A stretch of 64,000 bases of DNA, taken from NCBI RefSeq assembly GCF_009914755.1, contig NC_060944.1. One strand, written 5' to 3'. This document shows, piece after piece, positions 1-15,201 of this stretch (the first letter of the stretch is position 1; every line of letters begins with the position of its first letter). The notes beneath the pieces are model-generated. The model was given only the letters and a program-made list of their open reading frames with translations. It ran no database searches and was not told the DNA's origin. The stretch comes from the human T2T-CHM13v2.0 reference genome, Homo sapiens. A program made the translations under genes and the position numbers.

Positions 1-1113
1 ACATAAAGATGAAACATTTATAACACGCATTTACTTAAATAATAAGGTAGCAATAAATAACATAGCAAAAACAATGACAAAATCGTAAATTTCAAGAAAT
101 GCTAGGAAAAAACAGATACAGATAAGAAAAAATTTGAAATTCTGAACAAAATAATTGAAGCTAAAGTAATAAAAATATATTAAATTCTATAGTCTTATAG
201 AATATACTTCACTTTAATCACTTATATTTATAAAGCAATTGGCTGTATATTAGGGGAAAAGCAGAAATAGTACAGACTACATTCTTGATGCACACAGGAA
301 TACATACAAGACATAAAAAATAATAACAAAAATCAGGGAGAAAATCTACAACCACCTTGAAATTTGCAATTTTCTTCCCATAAATGTCAAAGATCAAACA
401 AGTAATCAAAATTATAATTGCAAAGTATTTAGAAATTATTATAATTAAAACAATAAATATTAGAAATTAAAAGCAGAGAAAAATATATAGCCTTGCATAT
501 CTATATAACTAGTAGGAAAGAATAAAAACAAAAAAATTTAGCTACTCAAGACCAAAAGTTAGAAAATAATAACAAAATAAACCTAAAAAAGGGAAGAAAA
601 TAATAAAAGCAAAATTAATTAGGAAACAGAAAGTGGGTAAATAGATTGAAAATAAGCAACTAAGGGCAGATTAGTAACTATAAGTAACTTGCTAATGAAC
701 CTAGTCACCAAAAGGAGAAAACAGAATATTAAAATTTGAAAATGAAGAGTAACCAAAAACAGAGAGGAACCTGAAACTACCCAAAGAAAGTATGTTGCAC
801 ACTACAAATAAATTGGAAATTTTTCCTAATATTGAGGATTGTATTGAAAAACAGAATTCCCAGGATTGACCCCAGTCACAGAATGTAACACATATTTACA
901 CATTCGCTTCCTAGAAGCAATCACAAGAAATTGATACCACTTACCGCTTTGGGAAAGAAACTTGGCAGGGAAAGGAGCGAAGTTCCTTTTTAGTTTTATT
1001 CCTTTCTGAACTGTCTGTATGTCCAAATTTGATTTTTTTAAAATATAGGCTTATTGGGAAATTAGATTATATATTTATTTGTAGTAAGGCAAATGGAAAA
1101 AAAATAAAGAATA

Positions 1114-1640
<527 letters not shown>

Positions 1641-2177
1641 TCAATATTTATTTAGATTTATTTTGGAAAAATATCCAATATATCCAGCTATTTAACAAAA
1701 TTGAGGATTAAAACTATTTGATTTGGTGCTATTTTTGGACATGCATATTACACCAACAGAATAGCTGCTGATGCAAACCTGTTTGTTCCCTCTAGACAAG
1801 GAGATTAGAAACGGTAGGTAGATTCCTCCTTAAGAAAGAAGCAAATAACTTGAAATACAATTTGTTTTGTTTCTTGTATTTGAAAGTGCAGTTTACACAA
1901 GCCAAATAGACACCATATGGCCTTCAGTAATTTGACATTGAAGAGCAATGCATGATTTGTATTCTATTTCCAGCTACTGCACAGTGAATGTGCTGTGATA
2001 CCATGTTTTTAAATTCCTCTCTGCCTTTGCCCTTGCTGTCTCTTAGAGGCAGGACATTTATTTATTCACTTATTCATTTCTTCTCTTTTTTATCCAGTGA
2101 AGTCTAAAAGAGATTGAAACTAAAAATAAATAAATAAAAAAGTTCAAACTAAAATTTCTCCTTTTTAGTGACCTCAC

Positions 2178-2815
2178 TGAAGCTGTGTCATTATCTGGGG
2201 TAAATACCCAAGGTTTGTCTCTCCGCCAAGAAGATTAAGGACATGGACACACAGGGCAAGGGAGTTTAGGAGTGGAGGTTTACTAGCTAAAAGAAAGAGA
2301 AAGGAGAATAGCTCTCTCTCTCGTGAGAGAGGGGCTCCCGAAAGGGAAAAACCAGCCTGTGGCATACTGCACCAGATTTTATAGGCAGGCTTCAGGAGGC
2401 AGTGTCTGATTTACTAGGGCCCACAGATTGGTTGGACCAGATGTGATGTTTATATAGCGCACAGGGAAGGCTGGCCACCCCACCCTAATCTTATTATGCA
2501 AATGGGTTTTTCACTTGGCCAGGGCCAACTTGTCTGCTCCTTACTGTACACGTAGCTGGCAAAAGAAGGGAACATGGAGTCGCCATTTTGCACATGCCTA
2601 GTCCCAGATAGCCTTTTCCTCTTGGCACAACTGCTGGCATTCACCTGTGCAAGCTTCCAGCTTTCTTGTCTATGTCTGCAGCTCTATTTTACAGGCTGCT
2701 CTTTGTTAGAAAAGAAAATGATTTGGGGGCTGCTTTTCATTAAAAGGAAAACTTTACCAAGGACTCTCATACCCTCACTATCTGCCTAAATAATTTTTTC
2801 TTAACTCCTATGTCA
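2178..2815 (-). mobile_element. ERV1 solo LTR (MER50-like)
   Basis: TG...CA termini, perfect 4-bp TSD TCAC on both sides; subfamily from memory of consensus. Confidence 0.8.
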
Positions 2816-5379
2816 TCACCACCTCTGTGAGTTAATATTGTTTTGTTCATACCCCTAAGTATAGCACTATTGTGTATTGTGATGGTATATATAGCCCTGA
2901 CTCCCCCACTAAACCCCAAGCTTCACAAGGTCAGGGCCATGTTTCATTGTTTTAGAAATCTGTAACACCTAGCATGTCATAGATTATTTTTAAATGTTAA
3001 GAGAATTGCATTAAAAATTAAATACTTAAATATTTTTAGATCAAAGCATCAAGGTTAATATCTTTGTAAAGGGAATAATGTTCTATTATGAGTGGTAATA
3101 AGATTTTCCCATTAAGTTTGATTGAAGAACCCCAGTTTCACAATGCAGAGTACTAACCACTATACGATCACAGCTGAAGGAAGCCAGTTTCAAATACCAC
3201 AGGTCATCCATCATTTTATCTAGCACATGGATATATATGACCACATTCGGGTTCCCAATAAGTAATGAGAGAAACAGAAGCATTTAATGTTGCCAAAAAA
3301 AAGAATCATAACATGGCCATGCTGATCTGTTTGTCTGTCATGATAACTAATGCAGCTTTTTTTGATAACCAATAGAAATAATGAATTCCCTACAAGTACA
3401 TAGTACTTACAATAATATTTTAATAACCTACTTCAACATGAATTTTCAGTCCTCTTGGAAGGCTAACAAAATGATCCCCTCCTCCCCAAAATTGCATCAT
3501 GTATTTGTTCATTTAACTTTTCAATCAATATTCATTTATCAGGTGCATGTCCATTTAGTAGACACTATGCTAGAGACACTTATACAGCATAGGCGAGTGT
3601 TTTAAAAAGTAAAAATACTTTATGCATTCATCTCTTCCTCACTGCACTGCCTTGACCCCACACAAGAAAGTGTGTAGCAGTTTCTCTTGGGTTTTGCTTA
3701 CAGCTTCTCCAACAGATAAGAATATTTTATTTCATTTAATTTCATTTTAAATTTATTACTTCATGAAAGTGAGATAAAATTTGCCTAATTATCATAAGAA
3801 ATATGGAAATGAATACGGGACATTTTCTAAGCACATGCATAGCACAGTGAACTCACTGCTTCCACTCTGTGTTTCTCAGTGATGGAGGAATTAGTGAGTC
3901 CATCAGTGCCTGCCATGGGGAGGGTGAGGGGCAGGGTTCAGGCCTCACATTTATAGCAGGCCTCATCCTGTTCCAGATGTAATCGCCACATACTTTCACA
4001 TGCAGCCACAGTGGGAAGTTGCAGGGTTGAAAGATAATACCACTTGAATCCTTGAAAATAAACACTAAAAATACATCCAAATGTTTAACCCAGTTTGGTC
4101 ATTTTTTCATTCTGTTTTCTTCATTTTGGTTACTTCTTAATTTTGTTCAAGGCTCTCACTAAATTATTTGAATCATGATCCTGGCTCAGTATTCTTATTT
4201 TCTCATTTTTCTCAGTGCCTTATTTCCTAAAACCTTAAAAGTCAAAGATCCCTGGAGGGACAGGTGGGGGTGAGGGGAGAAAGACAATATATAGAGCTCT
4301 CAAATATGTCTTTCAAAAGAGTGCCATAAAAAGCTTTTAAGATGGTATTTATTTACTTACAATTTATGCCCCTCAAATCAAAGAAAACACAGTATGGTGT
4401 CTCTTCCCTCAATGTTATTGCCCCCCTCCCTTCCAAATGGCATTAATTTAAAATGAAAAAATAGGGTAGAATTCCGTGTTCTTCCTTCTTCCCAACTTGG
4501 CACCATAATACGCACGCTCCTCCTCCCCACCAAATTCATGCCTTTTATCAATCTCATTGGCGTAATTACAAGGAGAAAATTTCATTTTAATTGTATTCAT
4601 TTTATTTTAGAAAGGAGACTGAAATTCTGGAGGATTTATAAAAAATATTTACAAAGCTATGAAGTATGTGCTTAAGTAAACTAATTTCACCGGTTCTCTT
4701 TATACTTTTTAAAATTTGAAAGTAGGGAAAATTTAAAAATAAAAACATGCTATATTCTCACATTAAAAAAAAATCCTATGAAAGGGAGAACTCAAAAATT
4801 TGTTCTCTAATCCTTTGCCCTTGAGGTCACCGCTGTTCAGAGCTTGATATTTGTTCTTTCCAAGTTTTTCTTAGACTTATTGTGAAATATGTAAGTGCTT
4901 ATCTTGTAAAAATAGTATTGAGCACAGGGCTTATCCTTCCTTGTCTGGTACCTGGGGAGATTTGGGCAGGTGGAGATACTGGTGTATGAGGAGGACCTGA
5001 TAAGGAAGTGGTTGGGCTCTGAATTGGTTGGTTTGCATTTGAAAGTTTTGCTAGCAGGAGAGTTGTTGACTTACTATTTCTAGGAATTAGTGAACCTTGT
5101 GAGGCAGGAGCAAGGCCCTGGATGTCAAGCCTTTCAGAATACAGAAAATCAAAAGACACAAGGCTAATATAACTTCATACTGCTTTTTTAATTTAAAGAA
5201 ACCCAGAGAATTTGCTTAAGTGTTTCAAGCTAACAAACATTTTATTCGTGTGGCATAAATAATACATGAACAGACTTTTATGAGTAATATAACATCTGCA
5301 GCTCTTAGAAAATAAAACATAGTTAATTAGGGATGGCAGGAATTATGTAATCATTACTTTTATGTTTTGTTCTTTCTAG

Positions 5380-5980
5380 GTCATTCAAACTGTCATCTAC
5401 ACATGAATAACAATGAAATTCTCATAAAGAAGCAGAAATACCCAGGAGGCATGAAGAGTCATCATGCTTCAAAAGTACATGTATTAGGACTTCACGACCT
5501 CAGGAAAAGTAGACTCCGTAACTCTTAAAAGCTCAATCTTGGAGAGGAGAAACATGCTGTTTGATGACATAGCACAGAAACTTGTTGAAATATCCTTGGA
5601 GCTTGAGATGTCGAGAGCGAGCCATCAAAATGTTCTCAAGAATTAAATTGAAAAATGTTGCTTCAAAATGTCTTAGCCAACCAAATACAAACATTTTTGT
5701 CATTGTGACAAAAAAAAAGCTCACCAATTGTCTTTGCTAGTCTCAGCACAGCCCAAGAGGAGCATCCTTCATGAGCCAACTGAAAAACAGTGTGTAGTCT
5801 ATGCTTCTGACCAGATGGGCTTCTCTTGTCACCATAACATTATGTATTAGGACTTCATGTATTATGTATTATGTCAACACTTTATTCATTATGCTGATCA
5901 TACTCTGTATTTCACTTGCTCTGGTTATTTGTAAAGCTTTTCCTATTTCATCATTAAATTATCCTTGTATTTTAGCAACT
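5380..5980 (+). ncRNA. PARAL1: Probable terminal exon of lncRNA PARAL1
   Basis: Strong acceptor ttttatgttttgttctttctag|G at 5379/5380; ATTAAA at 5953-5958. Position about 28 kb upstream of ANKEF1 matches my recollection of PARAL1. Identity is not provable from sequence. Confidence 0.5.
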
Positions 5981-7034
5981 GCATTTTAGTCACTCTATAT
6001 TCTTTATAGTGCCTGCCCAAATGACATATTAATAAGCATTTTTTCTGAATCAATAACCAACCCCCAAAAAATCTGCAGCCATGGTTGTAAATACCGTACA
6101 TTCCAAAGAAAAGTGGAAATGAATGAAGGACCAATTTTGAGGAAGAATTAGGGTTCTCAAAAATTCAACAATTACAATCAGTAAGTTTTTTAAAATTTAA
6201 CAAATTCAACAAGTATGTCAACAAGTATTCAACAAGTTAGAGTTATAAACATTTGTTCAAAATTTTACACGTGGTTAATACCTTCAGAGCAGTTAGCAGC
6301 AAGATTCTCATTTTTAAATCTTTACCCCTTTGTTCATTTTAAGGCAAGATGGAGACCATGTTGATGTCAGAGCAATTGGTCCAGGGTTGTGTGAGGAGCC
6401 ACTAGGAAGGGAGAAACAGGGAAATGTGGACCCAAACAGCATAGTGTTCCCCAGAAACTTGGGTTGGACACAAGAGTGTACATGCAGGAAAAAGTAAAAT
6501 CAAGAAGATGTGTTAATCTAAACAATGCTGTGAGCAAATGAGACACAGGTCTCCAGGGGACACTCTGAGAAACTACACAGAATACACTTCAAAATTGTCC
6601 ACCAGAAAGACAAATGAGAGAAGGGATGATCCATTGACTGTCTTCTACCATTGGTCATGTTGGCCGAAAGGCTGTTCACGACCGTGGACTTCAAAGATTG
6701 CACCTGCTTCAGAATGGCTGAGTAGTTTGCAGAAGGCATCTTAACAGATGGTAACAGAGAAGCAAGAGAAAAGTGCTGCAGCTGATGCAAGGTGCTGGCA
6801 GTGACACTATCACAAAGCTGGTTGCTGTAAAAATGTGGCCAAGAGGATGTGAGCTACAACGCAAGAGTGGTTCGACATCATTTCTCAGAAGCACATGAGT
6901 CTGATGCAAATCTATTGTTCTTGAAATAATGAGCACAGGACCATATTTGTCCCTTCTGGACAATAGTCAGAGAAAGGAGCACCCACAGAGAGAAAAGATC
7001 TGGTAATACTAGTTAGGGAGTGGAAGAAGCCAGG

Positions 7035-7409
7035 TGATATAGTTTGGCTGTGTCCCCACACAAAATCTCATTGTGAATTGTAATCTGAATTGTAATTCCC
7101 ATGTGTTAGAGCTGCGACCTGGTGGGAGGTAATTTAATCATGGGGGTCGTTACCCTCATGCTGTTCTTATGATAGTGAGTTCTCACGGGATCTGATGGTT
7201 TTATAACAGGCTTTTCCCCCTTTTGCGTGGCACTTCTCCTTGCTACTGCCATGTGAACAAGGGCGTGTTTGCTTCCCCTTCTGTCATGATTGTAAGTTTC
7301 CTGAGGCCTACCCAGCCATGTTGAACTGTGAGTCAACTAAACCTCTTTACTTTATAAATTACTCAGTCTCGGGTATGTCCTCATAGCAGAGTGAGAACAG
7401 ACTAATATA
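7035..7409 (+). mobile_element. MaLR LTR (MSTA-like)
   Basis: TGATATAGTTTGGCTGTGTCCCCAC...GACTAATATA; perfect 5-bp TSD CCAGG. Confidence 0.88.
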
Positions 7410-7663
7410 CCAGGGCACAGAAGAAGCCTAAGACTAAACTGCACCTCTCTGTGCTTTAAACACAGACCAACACCTGGATGAGTGTTTTTCTTTTTCTTCT
7501 GTGCATATTTTTTGTATTTGGCTGCTTTTTAACTTGCCAGCTCTGACAGAACAATGCCATCTCTGAGACACTTTTTATCTACACATAAATTAAGTTACTT
7601 TATTGCTTTAGTTTCTCTGAGTTTTGTGCATTTTAGGGAGAGCTCTCAGTGTTTCCTGCTTAC

Positions 7664-8268
7664 AGTCTTAGTTTAGGCTCCTCCAAAAGCCAACCCTGAG
7701 AAAATGATGTAGATACATGTATTTTATTTTATTTTTTAAGAGACAGGAGTCTTGCTATGTTGCCCAGGCTGGACTAGAACTCCTGGGTTCAAGTGATCTT
7801 CTCACCTCAACCTCCTGTGTAGTTGGGACTACAGATGCATGTCACCATGCCCCAGGTAGTTTGACAGGTGATCCCAGGAAGTGCAACAAGGGAGTGAGGA
7901 GTGAAGTAGAAAAGGGAAGACAGCCAATGAAAGGTGTGTGCACAAGGGAGCAGGGAGCAGGTAACCGCAATCTCAAGCTTTCTGAGAGTGTGGCCCAAAG
8001 GGTGATAGGGAATCTGGGCTGTTTATGCACCAGTTCCAGTTTCTCATTGGTTGAAAATTGCTGCTGGGAAATTAAACTCATTACACTTCTAGGCTGCCTT
8101 GCATATAGGCAGAGCAAACTCCTGTACTGCCAAGAAAGCCCCACAGGCAGAGAAGCAAGCAGAGAGGCGTGGATAGTTGAGGTAGAAAGACATGGGTGTG
8201 TCGCGCAGCTGCAGTGAATCCAGACATTTGGCTGACGGACATAGATTGGGGCATCAGTAGCTTCTACA
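7664..8268 (-). mobile_element. Old ERVL-type LTR interrupted by an Alu monomer (FLAM/FRAM-like, about 7718-7853, minus strand)
   Basis: GTCTTAGTTTAGGCTCC..AACCCTGAGA...GGTGATCCCAGGAAG; monomer with T-rich tail inside. Confidence 0.65.
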
Positions 8269-8814
8269 ATACATTCTGAGATTATTTTGCAAAGGACAAA
8301 AATCCTTGAGCATGGAGAAAAACAATAGCAACAGTCTTCTTCTAGCATCTAGAAGGAAAGATGATAAGTTAATTAGTAAAGGGTTAGAGGCAGTTAAAAT
8401 GAACTCTGAAACTGAGACTATTTGTTAAACTTTGCAGACCAAAACTTTAAACTGGAATTGGATCACTTTAATGAAAATCACCTTTGCTATTGCTGCAGAA
8501 CAAATGAGGAAAGAAAAGAAACCAACATGTTTATTGCTTTCACCTATAAACCAAGAACCTCACTGAACTATGTTAAGTAACAACTGTTTGGCTCTGTTTC
8601 TGTGAAGACTACATGGGGACTGATGGATATTTTTAAATTTTCTCTTACTAGTCATTGCTCTGGTTCATTACTAAGATGGAGCCACTCAAATAATGAGTGC
8701 TTTCTGATAGAAAAGCTGGATGACAAGATATGAAAATAGGTCTTAAACACAGTGGATTTCACCAGGGCTAGAAGCATGGGCAGAGCCGAAAGAGTCCAGA
8801 AAGGAAATACTCTC

Positions 8815-9295
8815 AGTGGTATCATAGATTTTAAAAATTCACCCCAATTCTTCATTTCCTCTTAATTAAGTTATAAATTCATACTACTGCCTAGTGGACT
8901 GAGTGAACTGCCCCACCCCTTGATTCTAGATTTGGCCATGTAACTTGCTTTGGAAAAGAAGTTGTTAGCAGACCTGGCATAACCTGTATGCTGGCTTATC
9001 TTCTTGGCAATTGTGATCATCCATGAGACGAACATGTCCCATGGGCTGCTATGTCTTCTCCTTTAGCCTAGGCCCTGGAAGGAAACGTGGAGCAAACTTG
9101 AACCCATCATAGCCAAGAGCTTCAGTCTTGGAACATAAATACGGAAATAGAGCTGCCCAATCAAGCATATTCTAAATGAGTCAATAGCAGTCAACTCAAG
9201 AATCCAAGCATGACAGCAGATGCTTACTTCTGTGACCACTAAATTTGTGGGTGAATCTATGAGGTAACATTATAGCGGCAGTAGTTGACTGATAT
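8815..9295 (+). mobile_element. MLT1 MaLR LTR
   Basis: TTTGGCCATGTAACTTGCTTTGG motif and GCAGTAGTTGACTGATATA 3' end. Confidence 0.7.
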
Positions 9296-9929
9296 AAGTG
9301 GTAGATTATTTTTTTTCTTGCCTGTAGTTAGGGTGATAATTATAACAGGGGAATAAAGACTTTTGTTAAGACCAAAGTTTTACTGAGGAAACCCAAAAAC
9401 ATGAAATTATTAGGAAAGAGCCAATGGGAAGGGCTCCCTGGAGGGAATCTGTAGAGGATTCTGGGTCAAGTGACTGCTGTCCCATTGACAAAATTCTGCC
9501 TCCTCTCCAGTGATTGTGGATGATCTGAGTAGATGAAGACAATGAGGCTCTCCAAAATAATGTTCACCTCTTTTCATTATTTTTTGTTTTTGATAAACAT
9601 TACAGAACGTTTGGAAAGAGTTAACACTCAGGTTTTGAAAAGGTGAGCTTTCCTGAGTATATAGGGGAGGTTCTCAAATGAAAATATATTTTAATACCTT
9701 TTAAAATATTTAAACAAATCAGAGCTCCTTTATGCCGATACATCTCTGAAGAAAAGCTTATTCCAAATAGTTGTGCTACGAAGATAATGTATACATAATA
9801 TTATACTGACCTTTTGGACACAGAAGGATATACCTTCAAATCTTTTCGAGTACAATAGAAAACTATTTAAATAATAAAGATTTAGGAGAGTCATACAAGT
9901 GTTTTTGAATGTTTGCTTATTGACTTTAA

Positions 9930-10292
<363 letters not shown>

Positions 10293-10379
10293 TGAAAGTC
10301 AAAGATCTAGTCTTTGCACCGCCATATTCCCTAATTTGACAGCAAGCCTTACTGGTTTGTGGGGAGGGATTTCTATAAA

Positions 10380-12520
10380 AATTTTAACGAATAAATAATC
10401 CCTTTAACATTTATAATCTATTCCAGAACATTAAAAAGATGAAAACCTTCCTAAATAATTACATGTGGCTTGACGAATGCTAATATTATGCCCAATAAAG
10501 AGAGCACCAGTAAAGAGAATAGACATTAAGCTCGATGCAAATAAAAATAATGAATACAATATTTTCAAATTTACTGCAGCAACATCTTAAAGTATTAACA
10601 ATGCATGGCGATCAAGGAAGGTTTATTTTAGGAATGCAAGAATGTTGTAGTAATAGGAAACGCATGCATGTTTAAAGCACTGGATTAATAGAATAAATGA
10701 GCAGAACATATACTATCTCAACAGTCTTTGGAAAAGTATTTGACAGACTATATTAGCCACCCCTGTCTAAAAAATTAAAAACTCTCAGGGAGTTGGGAAA
10801 AAGAAGACATTTCCTAAATTTGACAGATTGCCTTCAAAAAAACTGTCAAATACCAGTGATAAAATGTTAGACTTATTCTCATTAAAATCACAGGCAAGGC
10901 AATAATTCCACAAATCCCCATTATTCAAAATACTCCTGAGGGTCCTATAAAAAGAGACCAAAACATTGATAAATACTAGAAAAAAATAAATCCTTTCACA
11001 TTAAAATTTAAAATAATGAAATAAAAACACATTAAATAAATAGATTTGCAAGATGTCTAGGGATAGCAAAACATACAAAAACCATCATTTCAATATAGTA
11101 ACAATGAGCCATCAATAAAAAGATCCCATTCAAAATACAGCAAAAGCATAATATCTGTTTCCCCATAAAACCTTAAAGTTACTAAAAACTCATATTTAAA
11201 GTCAGAAAAATAAACCTAAACATCAGAAAGTGAGTAACATGGCTTGAAATGGGAAGCCTCAAATTTATAAGTTTTAAATTTTTTCTTAATCTATTCAGCG
11301 TTATCCCTATTAAAACTCTAAGGGTAATTTTAAATGAAGTTATTCCAGTTGATTCAAAATGCTATCTCTAAGAGTACATGCATAAGAACAGCTGGAAATA
11401 TTATAATAAAGATAGCATTCATATGCGTAGAAAAGGAATAAATAAATGGTATTTAAATATGTGGTGCATACCATTATTATTCCATTTACACTTTACACAG
11501 TTGAGGAAACTGAAATATAGGGAAGTTAAATAGCCTGTCAAAGGTCACACAGCTGCCAAGTGGTGAAACCAAGATGCAAACTCGGAGCCAGTGCTCCTCA
11601 CTTACTTACCAGCGTGCTATTCTGCCTCTGGCAAAAATATGCATGTGTGTATACAAATATTGGACAAAAAGTTGACATCCGTCATATGCAAAGTTCCCAT
11701 CAATCAATATTAAAAACAAACAAGTCAATAGAAATAAAAATGGGAATAGTGTCTATAAGCAATTTTCAAAAGAATAAATAGTAAATGTATGAAAAAAATG
11801 TTCAAACTCACAATTGGGGAAATGCAACTTAAAAATAACAACAAACATTTATAAAGTTTACAAAAATTTTAAAAGAGCTCTGATATCCAGTGTTCAATGA
11901 GGAAGTAGGAAAATAGCTTTCTACTCCACAATGTTGGAAATCAATTTGGCATTACTAGTCAAATTAAAAATCAACTTTAACTTAGCCATTAGCCTACTAA
12001 AATACTCACATATGTGCAAAAATACGTGTAAAAATGATTGTTATTTCTAAAAGTGACCGATGGAAATAACCTCAATCAATAGAATGGACTGGTATGCAGT
12101 CACAAAATTAAATAAATATTGACATGGAAAAAATGTCAATTTGAAGTTGTTAAGTTTTTTAAAAGCACATGGAAAAAAATTGCATACAATGTGATCCTGT
12201 CTTATATTTTATGTATGTGGATGTGTGCACATGTGTGTATCCACTTCTAAATGCATTGTAAAAGTTCTCTATAAATACCAAAGTATTCATTATACTACCC
12301 TCAGTTATTTTTATATGTGTGTGTTTGTGTGTATGTGTATATATATATATATGCTTATTATACCAAAATATTATCCACAGAGAAGAGAAATTAGAAAAGA
12401 GAAAAGGTTTCAATGAAGAATGAAGATGGACTTTTACTTTTACTCTATATATTTCTATAATTTTTGAATTTTTAAAATAACTATATATTGTATAATTTAT
12501 AAAACGAAAATAAATCAACA
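10380..12520 (+). mobile_element. Degraded old L1 (ORF2/3' end remnants) with a MIR at about 11470-11620
   Basis: A-rich L1-like motifs (GGAATGCAAG, AAGATCCCATTCA); MIR core GAGGAAACTGA...AAGGTCACACAGCT. Confidence 0.6.
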
Positions 12521-12639
12521 AAAATTGTTTCCACAAATGAAAAAAGTTCATAAAACAAAAATACTATGTTTGATTAATATTTAACTGTCAAATTACCATT
12601 TATAGATTCTGGTTACTACCATAATCAATTAAAATCTTG

Positions 12640-12800
12640 CCACTCAAAGTGACGTCCTTGGACCAGCAGCAACAGCATTACCTGGGGGCTACTTAGAAAT
12701 GCAGAATGGCAGGCCCCACCTCAGACCAGCAGAATTTGAAATTTAATAAGATCTCCAGGTGATTCTTATGCACATTCAAGTTTGTGAAACATTCCTCTAA
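12640..12800 (+). mobile_element. MER5A (hAT-Charlie)
   Basis: CTCAAAGTG...GGACCAGCAGCA..AGCAT.ACCTGGG...TTAGAAATGCAGA...CAGGTGATTCT.ATGCAC. Confidence 0.8.
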
Positions 12801-14007
12801 GATTTTAAGCATTTTGTCTTCTGCTTCAATCACTGACAAAGAAACTGCTTAAAAAGTAAAATACCTCATTGAATTTATTTTTTAATATATAAAAAAATAC
12901 TGGAAAGTGTCTTCAAATATCAAAGATAATATGTGGAGATAATCCTTTCACAATATTAAACAATATTTTTAAATGTTCAAATGTTAAACACAAAATTAGA
13001 ATTTTTCCATAACTTGGGAAGCAGGACAACTGAGTAAAAAAAAAAAAAAAAAAATTACATATCTTAAAAAGGGCAGGGTGATCTTTGTAGATTGTAATTT
13101 TCCCTCTTGCATCTAAAAATCAATGTGTTTCTGCTTTCTGAATGAAAAGCCAACCAAGCCCCAGATGTCTGGATTTCCCCATCCCCAGGTGAACTTACAC
13201 AGTGCATCAAGAAACAATATGGAGAAGTAGACACATGGTTCATACTCCATTACCAGACACTTTACAGAAGGTTCAGCTTCCTGCTTTCACACAAAAATCA
13301 AATTTATCCCCTTCACACCTTCACAACCTCTCACATAAATCTCACCCAAATTCCTACTTAGCATTCCCCAAAGGAAGACGCTCCCTGGACCAGGTGTGAC
13401 TTCACCTCTAATTATTCTTTACTACATCTGCATGTGATTTTCCTCATTATACTGCGATTACATGAGGAAAGGGCCTCTGTTGCCTGAGCAACCAGAACCA
13501 GCACGTGCACATGCCTACTGACTGCAACCCTACTTGTAGTTTTTCTATTATGCGCTTGGGTCCTCTCACTTTTATGGTCAAAAGAATGCAATTCTTTCCC
13601 CGGTTCTGCCCTTTTTCTTCTTTTGTGGCCCTGTCTACAGTGTCTGGCTGATTTGTCTAATTTCTCTTGAATGTATTGCCTCAAATTCTCTTGTTTCCAT
13701 CAGCTTAGACTGATGCTTTCCATCCTCCTAATCAGACTCTCCCTTTGAATTGCTCCTCTGCTGAAGACTGCCGCCCCAATATTTTGCTTACCTTTTACAT
13801 GTGTCTCTCTACAATATTATATTCACCATAAAAAAAGATTCAATTTGCAAAGATTCCTTGTCTAGCCTTATTTCCTTCCTTTTTCCTCTTGCTGTAGTTA
13901 TTTTGCTACTGAATTACAAGGCTAATAGAAAAATTATGACCTCTATTATTATAATTCCTGGTAGTAAGTCACATAAAAATATTATATGCACAATCTCTTT
14001 TTTTAAA

Positions 14008-14182
14008 GTGGTGGTTCTTAACTGTGGCTGGATGTTGGAATATTATGGGTAGCTCTAATAAATACTGATGCTTGGGTTCCATCCCCAGAGGTTCTGATGT
14101 AATTAGTCTGCGGTGCTGCCTGGGCAGGGAATTTTCAAAACCTCCCTGGATGATTCTAACGTGCAACCAAAGTTGGGAAGCA
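14008..14182 (-). mobile_element. MER5-family hAT element
   Basis: GTGGTTCTTAAC...AATACTGATGC.TGGG.TCCATCCCCAGAG.TTCTGAT.TAATT.GTCTG. Confidence 0.7.
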
Positions 14183-15201
14183 TGAAGGCTGATAGCTTTT
14201 CAAGCTAGCCCTTTTCCATTTTGTTATTCCTTGGCATTTATGATGGTAAATTACAAATGCACCCTATCCTTAAGGGTCTTATGCCAGTGTTGGCCTATTT
14301 GCCCTCCAAACCATTATTCTTTCCTTGCTGTGGGTAGTGCATTTCAGGGGGTAAATATCCATAGGCTCTTTCCCAGGCTCACGAGATAGCTGGTTCCAAA
14401 AGAGCTTCACCCAATACCCAGTGGGAGGCTCTTCCAGGAACCTGGAGGGTGGGAGAAAGGGTGGCTCTTCCCCTCTCTGTGCAGTGCCTCTAGCTGTGTC
14501 CTCCTGTGTCTCCAGCTCCTGCCAGACAGACTCACTGCGGCTTCAATTTCTTAGGCATAACCTGGCCCACAGACTTCCTTAACACAGCACTTTCCTTTGA
14601 TTTCCAATTAAGGGCTATTAGTAGTTTCCTACTGTATGTAAACTCTAGGGTATCTCACCACTCCATTTGGCAACTAACTCAGTTCCTCCATCACCTATAT
14701 GACCAATTCCCAGTAAATTTTCCTCTGTGTAAATACCTTAGAATTCTTTCGTTTTCATGGTAAGGCCCTGCTTGACACAGTTTTCAGCCTACTGTCTAGT
14801 TTCCCAGATGTTGTATATCTCTGATGTTCCCTCCACTAGAGCCCACTCTGATCCTCATGAATCAGATACCACCTTAATGACACCAGGTCTATGTCACATT
14901 GCCAGATACATACATCGCACATTGACCCAAGATCTGTTGTTCAGAGTTACTGCCTTAACAGTGGAGATATAAGAGAAACTTCCCCTTCCAGAAAAATTAC
15001 ATATCACTAATATTATGTTCAGAAGTAGAGTGATATATCCCTCACCAGAGCTTGGAATGGGTTCTCTAAGGCCTTTTTAATCCCAAGGAGCATCAATATC
15101 ACCCCAGAGCTTTCAGAAAACCAGAATCCTGAGCCCCACTCTAGATATGCATTTTTAAAAATTGACATATAAGCTAATTCATACTCTATAAGATTTATCT
15201 A

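Noticed and set aside
7717-8348. 166-aa and 168-aa overlapping ORFs
   Set aside because: They span an Alu monomer and an old LTR; no splice or domain support
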